Positions 10,431-22,300 of a DNA stretch of 64,000 nucleotides are shown here, one piece after another. Each line of letters starts with the position of its first letter. Within the stretch, counting starts at the first letter, position 1. The stretch is from Candidatus Latescibacterota bacterium (GTDB lineage Bacteria > Latescibacterota > UBA2968 > UBA8231), in NCBI GenBank assembly GCA_965203175.1, contig OZ241867.1, positions 1,344,001 to 1,408,000 on the forward strand, written 5' to 3'. The translations under genes were made by a program, and so were the position numbers. Below the pieces are notes generated by a model that saw only the letters and a program-made list of their open reading frames with translations, made no database searches and was not told where the DNA came from.

Positions 10431-13400
10431 GTGAACGACGCGAGCGGAGCCGCAAGATCCCCAAGACAGAGAAGCCCCTTTGATCACATCCTAGGACACC
10501 AGTACACGGTTTTCGACGGGCTGGCCGGGATGCAGGTGGAAGACATCTACCAAGATCAGCGCGGCCTCCTCTGGATCGCCACAGCCGACGGCGGCGTGAG
10601 CCGATTCGACGGAGCGCATTTCGATACCTTTGGCCTGTCGGACGGGCTCCCCAGTCTCACGGTAATGAGCATCGCCGAGGATCAAGACGGGCGACTGCTC
10701 TTCGGTACGCTGGGAGGTGGGATAGCTGCATACGACGGGCATGGCTTTCAGGTGTACACCACCGAGCACGGGCTGCCTTCCAACGACATAATGAGCCTGC
10801 AACCCCAAGCCGATGGTTCGATGCGAGTGCTGACCGACGCTGGGATAGGCTGGTTTGTCGAGGGGCGATGCGTAGAGTGCGTGACAGAAATTGCAGGTCA
10901 GCCGCTAGGGTGGGTGTACGACATGGTCACCGACACGACGGGTACGACGTGGCTGGCGACGCAGCAACGGGGGACCATCAGTCTGGACGGTCGGCGCATG
11001 AGCGCGAAGAACGGTGCAATGCAGTGGCCGTGGAAATTCGCTCAAGACGCCTCCGGCCCTCTGTGGATCGCCTTTCGCTACGTTGGTACCGAAGTCGTGA
11101 TAGGCCGCTACGATTCAGACAGCCAACAGCTCGACCTCATCAAGGCAGACGCGGCTATCGAGGGGACGGAGGCCGTAAATCACGGTACGCGCCATGTACG
11201 CTTGGACGATAAAGGCCGGTTGTGGATGGCTCGTCAGGGCGTGCTAGTGTACGACGGAGCCGACTGGCATTCGTTCTCGGCCGGTTTGCCGGATGTTCAC
11301 TTTTCGGAGGCGCGGCTGACCTACGAGGACCGCGAAGGAAATATCTGGGTGGGATTGTGGGGCGGCGGGCTAGTTTTTTGCGATCCGGTCAGTGTCCAGT
11401 TATACACCGGGGCCGACGGCCTGCCCGACCGCGAGGTCCACCAGCTAAGAGAAGACCACCAAGGTCGGATCTGGATCGGTACGATGGGAGGCCTAGCCTG
11501 TCTTGAAGACGGCCGGATTCGCTCAGTGGAGACCGGGCACAAGGTCTCGGCGTTGGCGATAGACTGCCAAGGGCAGGTCTGGCACGGGAGCCCCGAGGGC
11601 AAAGTAATTAAGGGAGTGGGGAAAGATGCCCAAGTGATCGAGGTGACAAAAGACAACTGCTACGACTACGAAGAAGTTAAGCTATACCCAGACCAAGAAG
11701 GGGGCATAAAGGTCGGCACTTCCGAGGGACGTTTGGGAAGGATAGAAGACGACCGTTTTATAGCGGAGGAGCAGGGGCCTGCCAATTGCCGAGTCGTGTT
11801 GCAGGATAGCGAAGGCACCTTGTGGATCGGTAGCTATGGGGCAACGCCGGCTCTGTACTATTACAAAGATGGCCATTTTCACGCATCTGATATGGCTGGG
11901 ATAGAAACCGTCGCTTACGTAAGTACATTGTGCGATTACGAAGGCACGCTTTGGGTTGGGACAGCCAACGGTCTTTTCGCCTTTGACTACCGCGCCCAGC
12001 AGGTGCGTCGGTTTACGGCAGACCAAGGAGACCTGTCCGTCAATAGCATCTTGGCTCTGGTAGCCGATTCTCATCAAGGGTGTCTGTGGATTGGGACCAG
12101 CGGCGGGGGTGTGATGAAGTACGATGGTCGAGTGTTTCAGAGCATCCGTTTGGGCAAATCCACCTTGGAGAATATCGTCGAGGCCATCCTGCGCGATAGT
12201 CGGGGCCGGTTGTGGTTCGGGACGAGGGCGGGGCTGATTGCGTATCAGCCTGGCAATACGCCCCCGGGTATCGTGATTCGCCAAGTCATGGCGGGGCGTC
12301 TGTTGGAGATGCCCCAAGCCGTGTCCTGTCCAGATAGCACCCCTGAGATTCAGTTCCACTTCCAGGGCCTCAGCTTCCGAAGCGGGGCCGAGCAGATGCG
12401 CTACAGCCATCGGCTCGTCAGCCACAGCCCGGCAGAAGAGTGGAGTGCGTTCACGTCTTCCAACAGAGTGTCGTACAACGGCGTACCGGTCGGCCAGTTC
12501 CGCTTTGAGGTACGGGTTTTAGATCGGGATGGCCTCATGTCGGAAGTCGCCAGCCTTGACGTACAGGTGTTCCCCGACGAGAAGAGCGTACGCCTCCAGC
12601 GTTTAGAACACATGCTGCAGGATGCGGATCAGGATTTTCTCAGCCAGAGCCAAGCCATGACCCAGTTCTTAGGAGAGGTCGCACAGATGGCCGAGACCGA
12701 TATGACGATGCTGGTGATGGGCGAGACCGGCGTGGGCAAGGGTGTACTCGCCCAGAGGATCCACAACCTGAGCCGACGCCGAGGGCAGCCCTTTATCGAA
12801 CTCAATTGCGGCTCCCTGCCCGCCGGACTGATCGAGAGCGAGTTGTTCGGCCACGAGCGAGGGGCCTTTACTGGTGCCGTGAAGCGGCATATCGGCTGTT
12901 TTGAACGGGCTAACTACGGCACCTTGTTCCTCGATGAAATCGGCGATCTGCCGTTGGAAGCCCAACGGGCACTGCTCCGCATTCTGGAGAATCGCTACCT
13001 GACCCGCGTCGGTGGCGAGCAGTCTATCCCAGTGGATGTGCGGGTGATTGCGGCGACCAACAAGGATCTGAAAGAGGCTATTGAGGTGGGGACGTTCCGA
13101 GAAGACCTGTTCTACCGCTTGAGCGCGTGGCCGGTGAAGCTGCCGCCGCTGCGGGAGCGCCGAGAGGATATTCCACTCTTGGCGGCGCATTTTGCGCGTC
13201 GGTATGCCCAAAATTTGCAGCGACCGGTGCCAGCGTTGGGCGACGGAGTGGTGAAGCATTTGCAGGCGTATGCGTGGCCGGGGAATGTGCGCGAGTTGGA
13301 GCACTTGATCCGGCGAGCGGTGGTGCTGTGCCGAGGGGAGGTTATTCAGGTGGAGGATGTGCCGCTGGCTGCTGAAGACGAGGCCAAAGAGGGGCCGTTT

Positions 13401-13580
13401 GCGCCGCCGGTTGAAGCCAAATTCAAAGACGAGAAACAGCAAATCGTGGAGGCGCTCCAAGTCTCCGAGGGGAGGATCTATGGAGAGCGGGGCGCGGCGC
13501 GGTTGTTGGGCATGAACCCGGAGCGACTGCGTTCCCGCATGCGCGTGTTCGGGTTGCAACGACCGAAAAAAAGGTCTTAA
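10431..13580 (+). CDS. Sigma54-dependent activator (bEBP 1): Reg_prop beta-propeller + Y_Y_Y + AAA+ + HTH
   Basis: Repeated D..G.LW(I/F)GT.GG blades; Walker A GETGVGKG; ESELFGHERGAFTGA; LFLDEIGDL; WPGNVREL; C-terminal GAARLLG HTH. Confidence 0.92.
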   Translation: MNDASGAARSPRQRSPFDHILGHQYTVFDGLAGMQVEDIYQDQRGLLWIATADGGVSRFDGAHFDTFGLSDGLPSLTVMSIAEDQDGRLLFGTLGGGIAAYDGHGFQVYTTEHGLPSNDIMSLQPQADGSMRVLTDAGIGWFVEGRCVECVTEIAGQPLGWVYDMVTDTTGTTWLATQQRGTISLDGRRMSAKNGAMQWPWKFAQDASGPLWIAFRYVGTEVVIGRYDSDSQQLDLIKADAAIEGTEAVNHGTRHVRLDDKGRLWMARQGVLVYDGADWHSFSAGLPDVHFSEARLTYEDREGNIWVGLWGGGLVFCDPVSVQLYTGADGLPDREVHQLREDHQGRIWIGTMGGLACLEDGRIRSVETGHKVSALAIDCQGQVWHGSPEGKVIKGVGKDAQVIEVTKDNCYDYEEVKLYPDQEGGIKVGTSEGRLGRIEDDRFIAEEQGPANCRVVLQDSEGTLWIGSYGATPALYYYKDGHFHASDMAGIETVAYVSTLCDYEGTLWVGTANGLFAFDYRAQQVRRFTADQGDLSVNSILALVADSHQGCLWIGTSGGGVMKYDGRVFQSIRLGKSTLENIVEAILRDSRGRLWFGTRAGLIAYQPGNTPPGIVIRQVMAGRLLEMPQAVSCPDSTPEIQFHFQGLSFRSGAEQMRYSHRLVSHSPAEEWSAFTSSNRVSYNGVPVGQFRFEVRVLDRDGLMSEVASLDVQVFPDEKSVRLQRLEHMLQDADQDFLSQSQAMTQFLGEVAQMAETDMTMLVMGETGVGKGVLAQRIHNLSRRRGQPFIELNCGSLPAGLIESELFGHERGAFTGAVKRHIGCFERANYGTLFLDEIGDLPLEAQRALLRILENRYLTRVGGEQSIPVDVRVIAATNKDLKEAIEVGTFREDLFYRLSAWPVKLPPLRERREDIPLLAAHFARRYAQNLQRPVPALGDGVVKHLQAYAWPGNVRELEHLIRRAVVLCRGEVIQVEDVPLAAEDEAKEGPFAPPVEAKFKDEKQQIVEALQVSEGRIYGERGAARLLGMNPERLRSRMRVFGLQRPKKRS

Positions 13581-13723
13581 AGGGAAAGTCGCGGCCAACT
13601 AGGACCATTGGGCTATTGGTGAAAAATCGTATTAAATACGGAATTTTTTAGATCAACTTGTAACGACGGCGGACGGTACGCCTGATAAAAAGAAGCTTCA
13701 GGCTATATAAAACTATGTTTTCC

Positions 13724-13755
13724 AATTCTTTAGGGCATATCCTAAAGGATTTTTT
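13724..13755 (+). terminator. Hairpin + T-run, copy 1 of the repeated promoter-cassette element
   Basis: AATTCTTTAGG-gcatat-CCTAAAGGATT followed by a T-run. Confidence 0.55.
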
Positions 13756-13772
13756 GTGCGGGGTCTGCTGTG

Positions 13773-13788
13773 TGGCACGAAACATGCT
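13773..13788 (+). promoter_or_regulatory. Sigma54 -24/-12 promoter
   Basis: TGGCACGAAACATGCT with exact GG-N10-GC spacing; just downstream of a bEBP gene. Confidence 0.8.
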
Positions 13789-13880
13789 AACACCTATATA
13801 CCGTTTCAAGTCAATTACAAGATACAGAGTCTCTGCGGTAAGGTCAGTTAGTTATAAAGTGCGGAAAGAAAAGAAATGCT

Positions 13881-16800
13881 ATGAAACGATTGCTAAAGTG
13901 GCAGATAGCTCTCTTAGCCGCATTATCTCTGCCTAGCTTCTGTGTGGCCCAAACGGATGCCTATAGACTTTTCGGCAATTCGATTCGCGTGGATCGGGCC
14001 TCGCACTGGGAGAACTGGATTTATCAGAACGACTTGGTTTCCCAATTGAATGTGCCAATCGGCGATGCGGATATTTTTCAGGTAGAGGCCAATGGGCTGC
14101 GGCCGGTATTCTTCCGCCGCAATATCAACGTGGCCCCGACGGCTGTCGATTTCACCTATCCCGATTTGGTCCGCGCTGGCGGTGATATAGTCTCTGGGGG
14201 TGCAACGGCCAAATCCAACGATGCCTTGGCTAATAATGTTATCGATGGCGACTTGAGCACCTTCTGGGAACCGGACACGCCGATCAGTTTTGCGAGTCGC
14301 TTGACTCGCCCCGGAGACTTCCATCTCGACGGCCTGCGCAACTGGGAAATCGAGATTGATCTAGGACGGTTGGTTTTTGCCGACAGCCTGACGATTATCT
14401 TTCCCGCTGGTCAGTTTGAGGACGAGTTTCTTGGCGAGCCGGTCAAGTCTTTCGTGCTTTTTGCCTCAATGGGCGAGCGCTTTCCCTTTCCTTTAGGCAA
14501 CAAGCTCAAGTTTTCCCTTATCGGTCAAGTCTCTACCGGTAGTGTAGGGGGTGAAACCGGTGCAGGGACGCTGGTTTCGGTACCCGGCACCGAAGGGCGC
14601 TATGTGCAAATGACCTTTCCGCTCTGGCCACTGGACCGAGCTGACTGGGACTTGGATGGCCGGCCCGATATCAGCGGAGCCTTCATCCATTGCGTCCGCA
14701 TTAAAATTACGGATTCAGACCTCTGGCACGACGCCTTTTTGGGTACGGGCGAAGAGGCACGTCTAGCCTATGAAGCATTGCCCCAAGATCAGCGCGGTGC
14801 GCTTGTTTATCAGCGCCAGACTGCCGGCGGGTTGCTCGTCGAAATCGAGGACGATACCAATCAGACCGCCAGCGAAAAATACCAAACCTTACCCGAAGAG
14901 AAGCGTGGCCCGGTCCTCTACTACAGCAAAGAGGTTCCCCGGATTGCCGAGGTTCAGGTCTGGGCTAAAGGCGACAACTACGCGCTGCAACCCGAAAGGC
15001 GCGGGGGGGCCTCGTTTGAAAACGGTGCCTTGGGTGCGCCCCATTTGGCCACGGATGGGCTGTACGACTCGGAGTGGCAGGCCAATACGTGGTCGCCGAT
15101 TTACGACAAGGGTACGGCTTGGTACGACTTAGGAGCCGTGTTTTGGGTCGATAATCTCTCGGTGGTCAACAAGCGCATCAACCAGAGCCACTATGGAGCC
15201 TTTTTGGGACCGGATATTTTGGTTTCCGACGGCACGTTGCTCAAACCTGTGAGTATGAACGACCGCGACGACTTTCCCCAACTCGAAGAAGCGCTCAAGT
15301 GGGACAACATCATCAGCGAGGAGCACGTCGATAACCACACTCCGATAGTGCGCATTTTTCAAGAGAACTTCCCCTATCGCAAGATTCGCTTTCTACAGAT
15401 TCGCGACATTGACGTCACCGGGGAAGTTTCGGGTCAGTACGGCCATCTGGCGACGTTGGGCGAGGTCCAGCTTTACGGCGAGGGATATCCAGTCAGCGTG
15501 TGGGCGTACTCGCCGCCGATCACGCTGACTGATTCGCGTGGCAATTTCATTCGCAAAACCCTGCCGCGCATCGCCTGGGAAGGCGATGTCATCGTCCACG
15601 AGACCGATCCGCTCACCGGCCAAGCCATCGAACGCATCGAGCCGCTGGGGCTTCACCCGGATGTCCGCTTGCAAATCCAGACCCGCACCTCTGAGCAGAC
15701 CGACACCAACTTCACATACTATCAGGTCGTGACCGTCGCTGGCAACGAAGAGCGCACGGAAGTGTCAAAGGAAGTCCACGATGAGATTGCCTTGGAGTGG
15801 ACGGCCTGGGAGATCTGGCAGACCCTGCCCGCCAGCCAGAAACACGCCTCGCGCACCGACGACGACGGCGACGGTCTGGTGGACGAGGATCGGATTGACC
15901 TGATTGACAACGATGGCGACGGTCTGGTGGACGAGGACGGCAGGAAGCTGCGCCGGGCACCGCGCTCGAGCTTTGCCAAAGACGGCGAGCTGGCGTTTGT
16001 CGGCTGGAGCGAGTGGAGCGAGAGCTACCTGCCGACCCATGGCGTCAACGAGGCGACCATCACCTCGCCCAGCCCGCGCAAGTTCGTTCAGGTACGAGTT
16101 AATATCTCCTCCGAGGATCCCTTCAAGACGGCGCGCATCCGCAGTTTGCGCATTGAGTTGGCACCACCGCTGTCGCTGGAGCTAGCTGGCGAGTTGGCGC
16201 TCCTCACCGACGAGGGAGTAGCGCGCGTGCCGACCGATTTGGGTGTCCTCCCTTCGGACTACACGCCGCCGCGCAATATAGACCCACTCGCGCCCCAGAA
16301 ATTTGCTTATTTCATTCGCGCTGCCGCGCCCGACCCGACCGATACAACGGTGCGCGACGGCTTTAACGAGGTGCTGGTTGTCGCGCCGCGCGATGCGCGC
16401 TTGACCGGTGTGCGCTTGGGGCAGGTCGCCATCGCTCGAACGCCCTCGCTGCTCAACCCAGAGCAAGTGCTGACCTCGGCGACGACCACGAAGTTTGACC
16501 GTGCCTTTGTCCTCGGCGACGACGGGGTCCTGCGCGATGCAGACGGCGCAGTGTTGGAACGCATGGCGACCGGCGCGGATTCGATCTGGGTGCGGTTTCC
16601 CTTTTCGCTCAATGCCGATCTACCAGCTGATCAGAACGCCCTCATTGAGGTGCAGTTTGCGTCGCAAAGCTTCCGCGAGGGCATTGAATTCGCCTCGTTT
16701 GTGCGCTCTTCAGGCTCGGAGGAAGGTGTATTCCAACGGGTGGACACCACCGATAAGGATGCGACCGAGTTGGTGGATTCTTCGACGGCGCAGGTCAGCT

Positions 16801-17141
16801 TGGTGGCGCTGCCGGGGTCTTTGATCCAAGACGTAATGCTAGCACCGGTTTTTACGCCCAACGGCGATGGGATCAACGATGAACTTTTGGTGCATTTCGT
16901 TTTGTTGAAGGTACAGGAGGAGCGTCCGTTAGACGTTGCATTGTACGATTTGGGAGGACGCTTGGTAGGTCAAGGGCAGGGCTCGGCGGTTGGTGGCAAG
17001 GTAGGGACGCAGGCGTTTGTGTGGGATGGACGGGATATGAATGGTCAGATTGTGCCGCCGGGGATCTATCTCTGTCAGATCAAGCTAGAAGCCGATGATC
17101 AAGCCAGCAAATTGACGCGACTCGTTCACGTGGCCTATTAA
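13881..17141 (+). CDS. Large secreted protein with C-terminal FlgD-Ig/gliding-motility-type sorting domain
   Basis: Signal peptide; discoidin-like IDGDLSTFW; Ca-binding-like DDDGDGLVDED repeats; C-terminal FTPNGDGIND...WDGRD...PPGIY. Confidence 0.8.
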   Translation: MKRLLKWQIALLAALSLPSFCVAQTDAYRLFGNSIRVDRASHWENWIYQNDLVSQLNVPIGDADIFQVEANGLRPVFFRRNINVAPTAVDFTYPDLVRAGGDIVSGGATAKSNDALANNVIDGDLSTFWEPDTPISFASRLTRPGDFHLDGLRNWEIEIDLGRLVFADSLTIIFPAGQFEDEFLGEPVKSFVLFASMGERFPFPLGNKLKFSLIGQVSTGSVGGETGAGTLVSVPGTEGRYVQMTFPLWPLDRADWDLDGRPDISGAFIHCVRIKITDSDLWHDAFLGTGEEARLAYEALPQDQRGALVYQRQTAGGLLVEIEDDTNQTASEKYQTLPEEKRGPVLYYSKEVPRIAEVQVWAKGDNYALQPERRGGASFENGALGAPHLATDGLYDSEWQANTWSPIYDKGTAWYDLGAVFWVDNLSVVNKRINQSHYGAFLGPDILVSDGTLLKPVSMNDRDDFPQLEEALKWDNIISEEHVDNHTPIVRIFQENFPYRKIRFLQIRDIDVTGEVSGQYGHLATLGEVQLYGEGYPVSVWAYSPPITLTDSRGNFIRKTLPRIAWEGDVIVHETDPLTGQAIERIEPLGLHPDVRLQIQTRTSEQTDTNFTYYQVVTVAGNEERTEVSKEVHDEIALEWTAWEIWQTLPASQKHASRTDDDGDGLVDEDRIDLIDNDGDGLVDEDGRKLRRAPRSSFAKDGELAFVGWSEWSESYLPTHGVNEATITSPSPRKFVQVRVNISSEDPFKTARIRSLRIELAPPLSLELAGELALLTDEGVARVPTDLGVLPSDYTPPRNIDPLAPQKFAYFIRAAAPDPTDTTVRDGFNEVLVVAPRDARLTGVRLGQVAIARTPSLLNPEQVLTSATTTKFDRAFVLGDDGVLRDADGAVLERMATGADSIWVRFPFSLNADLPADQNALIEVQFASQSFREGIEFASFVRSSGSEEGVFQRVDTTDKDATELVDSSTAQVSLVALPGSLIQDVMLAPVFTPNGDGINDELLVHFVLLKVQEERPLDVALYDLGGRLVGQGQGSAVGGKVGTQAFVWDGRDMNGQIVPPGIYLCQIKLEADDQASKLTRLVHVAY

Positions 17142-17182
17142 CAAAGGCAGCAGTTCGGACCAGAAGTCCCGATAGGAGCGTA

Positions 17183-17428
17183 ATGGTACCATACGAAGAC
17201 TTCACTTGGGCACCCAACAGCACGAGGATGGCCTTCACTTCTTTTACCACTAGCGACGGCTTTAGGGAGATATGGGCCGTTGATATAGACGGGAGCCACT
17301 TGGTCAATCTGACCAACGGCTTAGGTGGACACTCTCCCGCTTGGCAATCGGTGCTCCCTACTGCCACGAGCGTCGAGGCCCAGTCGTGGGGACGGATCAA
17401 ATCGCTGCTTTCAACGGGTATCCGTTAA
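17183..17428 (+). pseudogene. 3' fragment of a TolB-like array gene
   Basis: Only the conserved tail remains: TWAPN...LTNGLGGHSPAWQ...ATSVEAQSWGRIKSLL. Confidence 0.8.
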
Positions 17429-17582
17429 TGGCTGCGACGAGGTCAGCTAGGGGTAGTCTCTGGAGTATATCTATAAGGCCGAGATGGACGGATAGAAGCC
17501 AAGAAGACGAAGAAGTTGCCGTGATGAGTGGTTGAAAATGGAGTGTGAAAGTGTCCTCAAAACTCACCGAAAGGAGTTTCCC

Positions 17583-18107
17583 ATGAAAACGCGAGTTGTG
17601 CATCAAGCTCGTCTCGTGTTAATCGCCTGTTTGATAGCTTTTGGCCTGTTGGGTATTAGCCATGCCCAAAAAAATGGACATCCGCCTTGGGTCTGGAGTG
17701 TAGCGTATTCGCCAGATGGAGGCACGCTGGCTAGCGGGGGTACCGACGAGACGATACGCCTTTGGGATGTGGCGACGGGAGAAATTCTTGCCACGCTGAG
17801 CGGGCATACGGACTGGGCCTGCGGTGTCGCCTATTCACCGAATGGCCGTACGCTGGCTAGTGGGGGCGGCGACAACAAGGTTCGTCTTTGGGATGTGGCG
17901 ACAGGAGGCCTCCTCGCCACGCTGAGCGGGCATACAAAAGCGATCACTAGCGTGGCGTATGCACCGGCTGGGGGCACGTTGGCTAGCGGGGGGTACGACA
18001 ACAATGGGGTGCGTTTCTGGGACATCGCGTCTTATATCGGCGGGGAGCCGACAGCCGTGGCCGAGACCTCATGGGGTCAGGTCAAAGTGCTGCTTTCAGT
18101 CCCGTGA
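17583..18107 (+). CDS. Secreted WD40-repeat protein with SWGxxK tag
   Basis: AAGGAG RBS; signal peptide; three VAYSPDG.TLASGG.D..IRLWD repeats; ends TAVAETSWGQVK. Confidence 0.88.
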   Translation: MKTRVVHQARLVLIACLIAFGLLGISHAQKNGHPPWVWSVAYSPDGGTLASGGTDETIRLWDVATGEILATLSGHTDWACGVAYSPNGRTLASGGGDNKVRLWDVATGGLLATLSGHTKAITSVAYAPAGGTLASGGYDNNGVRFWDIASYIGGEPTAVAETSWGQVKVLLSVP

Positions 18108-18158
18108 CATATATCTAACCTTACTTATTCAATCTATCCATCCGAAAGGAGCCACGTT

Positions 18159-19022
18159 ATGAACTATCGATCTCTACTGATCGCCTGCTTGGCAACGCTG
18201 GGGCTGGCCGTCGCTGGCTGGGGGCAAGCCGACGGTAAAATCGCATTTGTCTCCGACCGCGAGGGACATGGTGACGTGTGGATTATGAATGCGGATGGGA
18301 GCGATCCCGTAAATCTAACCCAAGGACGGGATTGCGCTGGCCCGGCTTGGTCGCCAGATGGCACGCAGATCGCCTATATTGCCGGCGGCGAAATCTGGTT
18401 GATGAATGCCGACGGCAGTAATCCGCAACAGGTGACAGACGATCCCGTCGATAAAGCGCGGCTTTTTTGGTCTGAAGACGGGAGTAGCATTTACTATGTC
18501 GCCGTCGTGGCTTTGCCGATTCCAGAGGAGTGGGACGGCCCTGATGCGTTTGTTACGGCGCTGGACGGCAGTGGCGCGTCGCCTGTGGACTGGAGAGAGG
18601 TATATCGCCGCTTCCTCCCTGGTGTTTCTCCAGACGGAACCCTACTAGCAACCGTCTCGTTGTGGGACGGAGGGGGCCATAAGCATGTCAATTTCTACAT
18701 CCGCACCAGTGCCAGTGATCACATGCATCCGGGTCTTCTCCTACCTGAATCACTCCAGAATAAACTGATATACACCGAACCCTACGAAAATTGGCGAACA
18801 TTCCCTACTTGGTCGCCCGACGGACTGAGAATAGCCTTCTCTGGTTTTCTCGATTTCATGGGTCAGTTTGAGATTTGGGCCGCTGATACAGACATGGACA
18901 ACTGGGTCGAGTTGACCAACGGCTTAGGTGGACACTCTCCCGCTTGGCAACCGGCGATCCCTGCTGCTACGGGCGTCGAAGCCCAGTCGTGGGGACAGGT
19001 CAAATCGCTGCTTTCTCATTAA
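18159..19022 (+). CDS. TolB-like (PD40) secreted protein, array class A
   Basis: MNYRSLLI signal; KIAFVSDREG; PAWSPDG; C-terminal SWGQVK. Confidence 0.88.
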   Translation: MNYRSLLIACLATLGLAVAGWGQADGKIAFVSDREGHGDVWIMNADGSDPVNLTQGRDCAGPAWSPDGTQIAYIAGGEIWLMNADGSNPQQVTDDPVDKARLFWSEDGSSIYYVAVVALPIPEEWDGPDAFVTALDGSGASPVDWREVYRRFLPGVSPDGTLLATVSLWDGGGHKHVNFYIRTSASDHMHPGLLLPESLQNKLIYTEPYENWRTFPTWSPDGLRIAFSGFLDFMGQFEIWAADTDMDNWVELTNGLGGHSPAWQPAIPAATGVEAQSWGQVKSLLSH

Positions 19023-19034
19023 TCGCGTCTCGTG

Positions 19035-19069
19035 CGTAGGGGCGGTGCGGAGCGCAAGCCGCCCCTACG
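19035..19069. repeat. GTAG-type REP-like palindrome; further copies at 26656-26690, 32254-32288, 34137-34171, 35888-35917 and a partial copy at 28937
   Basis: CGTAGGGGCGG-tgcggagcgcaag-CCGCCCCTACG; most copies follow genes ending LLSH*. Confidence 0.8.
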
Positions 19070-19154
19070 CGCCTTTCTGCACCAATCCTGCCTTATCGGT
19101 CCACAAGCGCAAAATCCAAAGTAATCTCTATTCGAAAAGATCGTAGGCGGCCAA

Positions 19155-19273
19155 CACGGAAAGCCGTGGACAACCTTGCGCTGACGGCTGAAGCTGCACA
19201 TCGTAAAAAGAATCATCTCATATTTTGAATGTTATGTTTTTCAATCCTTTAGGGTGCCCCTAAAGGATTTTTT
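19155..19273 (+). promoter_or_regulatory. Promoter-cassette copy 2: one CACG-N6-CGTG palindrome plus hairpin/T-run; no -24/-12 box seen
   Basis: CACGGAAAGCCGTG at 19155; AATCCTTTAGGG..CCCTAAAGGATT-TTTT at 19243-19273; aligns with 29010-29170. Confidence 0.65.
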
Positions 19274-19344
19274 GTCGGCGGTTGTATCTTAGGGGTGGGT
19301 CATGTGTTAAAGGCCGGGACCTCCCAATCGTCGGAAGGACGAAT

Positions 19345-22300
19345 ATGAGCGACATATCCTTTGAGCACGTGTTGAGCAGTCAGTACACCATCTTTGATGG
19401 GCTGGCTGGGATGCACGTGGAAGACATCTACCAAGATAGCCGCGGGTTGTTGTGGATATCCACTGTCGATGGGGGCGTCAGTCGGTTCGACAGCGCCCGT
19501 TTCGAGACCTTGGGCCTTAAAGACGGCCTGCCCAATCTCTCGGTTATGACCATTGCCGAGGACGCGGATGGACGGATGCTGTTCGGCACGTTCGGCGGGG
19601 GGCTTGCCGTGTACGACGGGCGCGATTTTCAGGTGTACACCACGGAGCACGGCCTGCCTTCCAACGAGATTTTTAACCTGCAACCGCAGCCGGATGGCTC
19701 GATTCTAGTGCTGACCAGTGAGGGTGTGGGGTGGGTTGCTCAAGGCCACTGCATAAAGTCCATAACCCATATTGACGGCCAACCGCTGGGGCGGGTGTAC
19801 GATATGGTCACCGACGCGGGTGGCATCACTTGGTTGGCGACATGGGGCCAAGGTGTCCTCAGTTTGGATGGGCGGCGCATGGATACTGGAGGTCGGCAGG
19901 TCCAATACTCTTGGAAACTCGCCCAAGACCCCTCCGGCTATTTATGGATCGCCTTCCAATATACGGGAACCGAAGCCTTGATTGGCCGTTACGATCCGCG
20001 GAATGAACAGCTTGCATTCATCAATGTGGGCAATGAGACTGAGGGGGCCGTGCAGCAGGGGACGCGGCACATCCGCAGCGACGAGCGAGGCTGGCTCTGG
20101 CTGTCTCGTCGGGGCGTACTTTGCTACAATGGGCAGGAGTGGCACTCTTTTTCCGCCTCCCTGCCGGATATTGACTTTTCGGATACACGTCTGACCTACG
20201 AGGACCGCGAGGGCAATATCTGGATAGGACTCTGGGGAGGTGGGGTAATTTTTTGCGATCCGGCCAGCATCCGGCGCTACATCGAAGCCGACGGCCTACC
20301 CGACCGCGAGATTCGCTGCTTGGGCGAAGATCGCGAAGGACGGGTGTGGATTGGGACGATGGGGGGCATGGCCTGCATGGAAGAGGGCCAAATCCGCCCG
20401 GTCAAGACAGGGGAAATTGTCTCGGCGATGGTAATAGATGGCCAGGGCCAGGTCTGGAGTGGCGGGAATGCAGGCAAGGTGTATAAGTGTGAGGGCCAAA
20501 CGCTACAAGCGATCTCCGTGTCCGAAGAGACCCATCCCGAAGAAATCGTCGGGCTATGCGAAGATGAGCAAGGGCGTATCTGGGTCGGCACGTTCGATGG
20601 CCGCTTCGGCTGGATAGAAGAGGACCAAATCACCTGCCTCACCGATATGTCGCTCTATGAAGGCCGAGCTATGCTACACGACCAAGATGGAGTACTCTGG
20701 ATCGGTTCATACGGAGTAATACCGGCACTCTGGTGTTATGAAGGTGGGCACTTGCACCCGGCGGATATGGCCGAGTCCGAGTCCATCGCCTATGTCAACG
20801 TCTTGTGGGAGCATCAAAACACGCTGTGGGTCGGCACGGCCAAGGGGCTTTTCGCCCTTGATCTCTCGTCGCGGGAGGCGCGTCGGTTTACTGCCGAGCA
20901 GTTTGGGCTGTCGGCCAATAGCATTTTGGCGTTGACAGCCGACTCACACGGCAACATCTGGATCGGCACCAGCGGCGGCGGCGTCCTCCGCTACGACGGT
21001 CAGACCTTCCAGAGCATTCGCTTGGGGCCATCCGCTCTTGAAAACAAGGTCGAAGCCGTCCTGTGCGACCATCGCGGTCGGCTGTGGTTTGGCACGCGGG
21101 CGGGACTGGTTGCCTACCAGCCGGGACACACGCCGCCGCGCTTGGTCATCCGCGAGGTCATGGCCGGTACCCTATTGGCCGCCCCCGAAGCCGTATCCTG
21201 TCCAGAGAGTACCCCTGAGATCCGCATTCACTTCCAAGGTATCAGCTTCCGAACCGGCGCGGGACAAATGCGCTATAGCCACCGGCTGTTAGGGCACGAT
21301 CCGACGGAACAATGGAGTGCGTTTACGGCTGCTAATGCGGTCGCGTATAGTACCCTGCCAGTGGGCGAGTATCGCTTTGAGGTGCGGACGATGGACCGCG
21401 ATGGCCTGATCTCTGAGGTCGCCAGCTTAGAGATTCAGATCCTCCCCGACGCCAAAACCGAACGCATCCATGCCCTTGAAAACGTACTGCGAGCTACCGA
21501 CCACGTCGTACACAGTCAGAGTTGGGCGATGCGCCAAGTGATGGAGCAGACCGTGCGCGTCGCTGAGACGGCGATGACCGTGCTGGTGCTAGGCGAGACT
21601 GGCACGGGCAAGGGCTTACTCGCGCAGACCATCCATGAAACAAGCACCCGCCGCGAGCGGCCCTTCATCCGCGTCAATTGCGGAGCGCTGCCGGCTGGGT
21701 TGGTTGAAAGCGAACTGTTCGGCCACGAGAAGGGGGCCTTTACTGGGGCGGCGAGCCGTCAGCTCGGCCGCTTTGAGCTGGCCGATGGCGGTACGCTCTT
21801 CTTGGACGAAATCGGCGATTTGCCGTTGGAATCTCAGCGGGTGCTGCTGCACATCTTAGAGGAGAAGGCGCTGACTCGGGTTGGCGGCCAACAGCCTGTA
21901 AGCGTGGACGTACGGGTCATTGCGGCGACCAATCGCGATCTGCGGCAGGCGATCCAAGAGGGTACGTTCCGCGAAGACCTATTCTACCGGCTGAGCGTAT
22001 TTACCTTAGAGCTTCCACCACTGCGGCAGCGGCAAGAGGATATACCGGCTCTGGCGGTGCATTTTGCGAAGCAGTATGCCCAACATCTGCAGCGGCCGGT
22101 GCCGACGCTAGATGAGGGAGTGGTCGCGCACTTGCAGGGGTATGCTTGGCCGGGGAATGTGCGCGAGTTGGAGCACCTGATCAATCGGGCGGTTTTGCTG
22201 TGCGAGGGTGGGGTGATACGCGCTGGAGACTTGCCGCTGCTGTCGGCTGCACGGCGCAGGGATGCGGTGCTGTCCGCGACAGCAGATGGCGAAGGCTTGG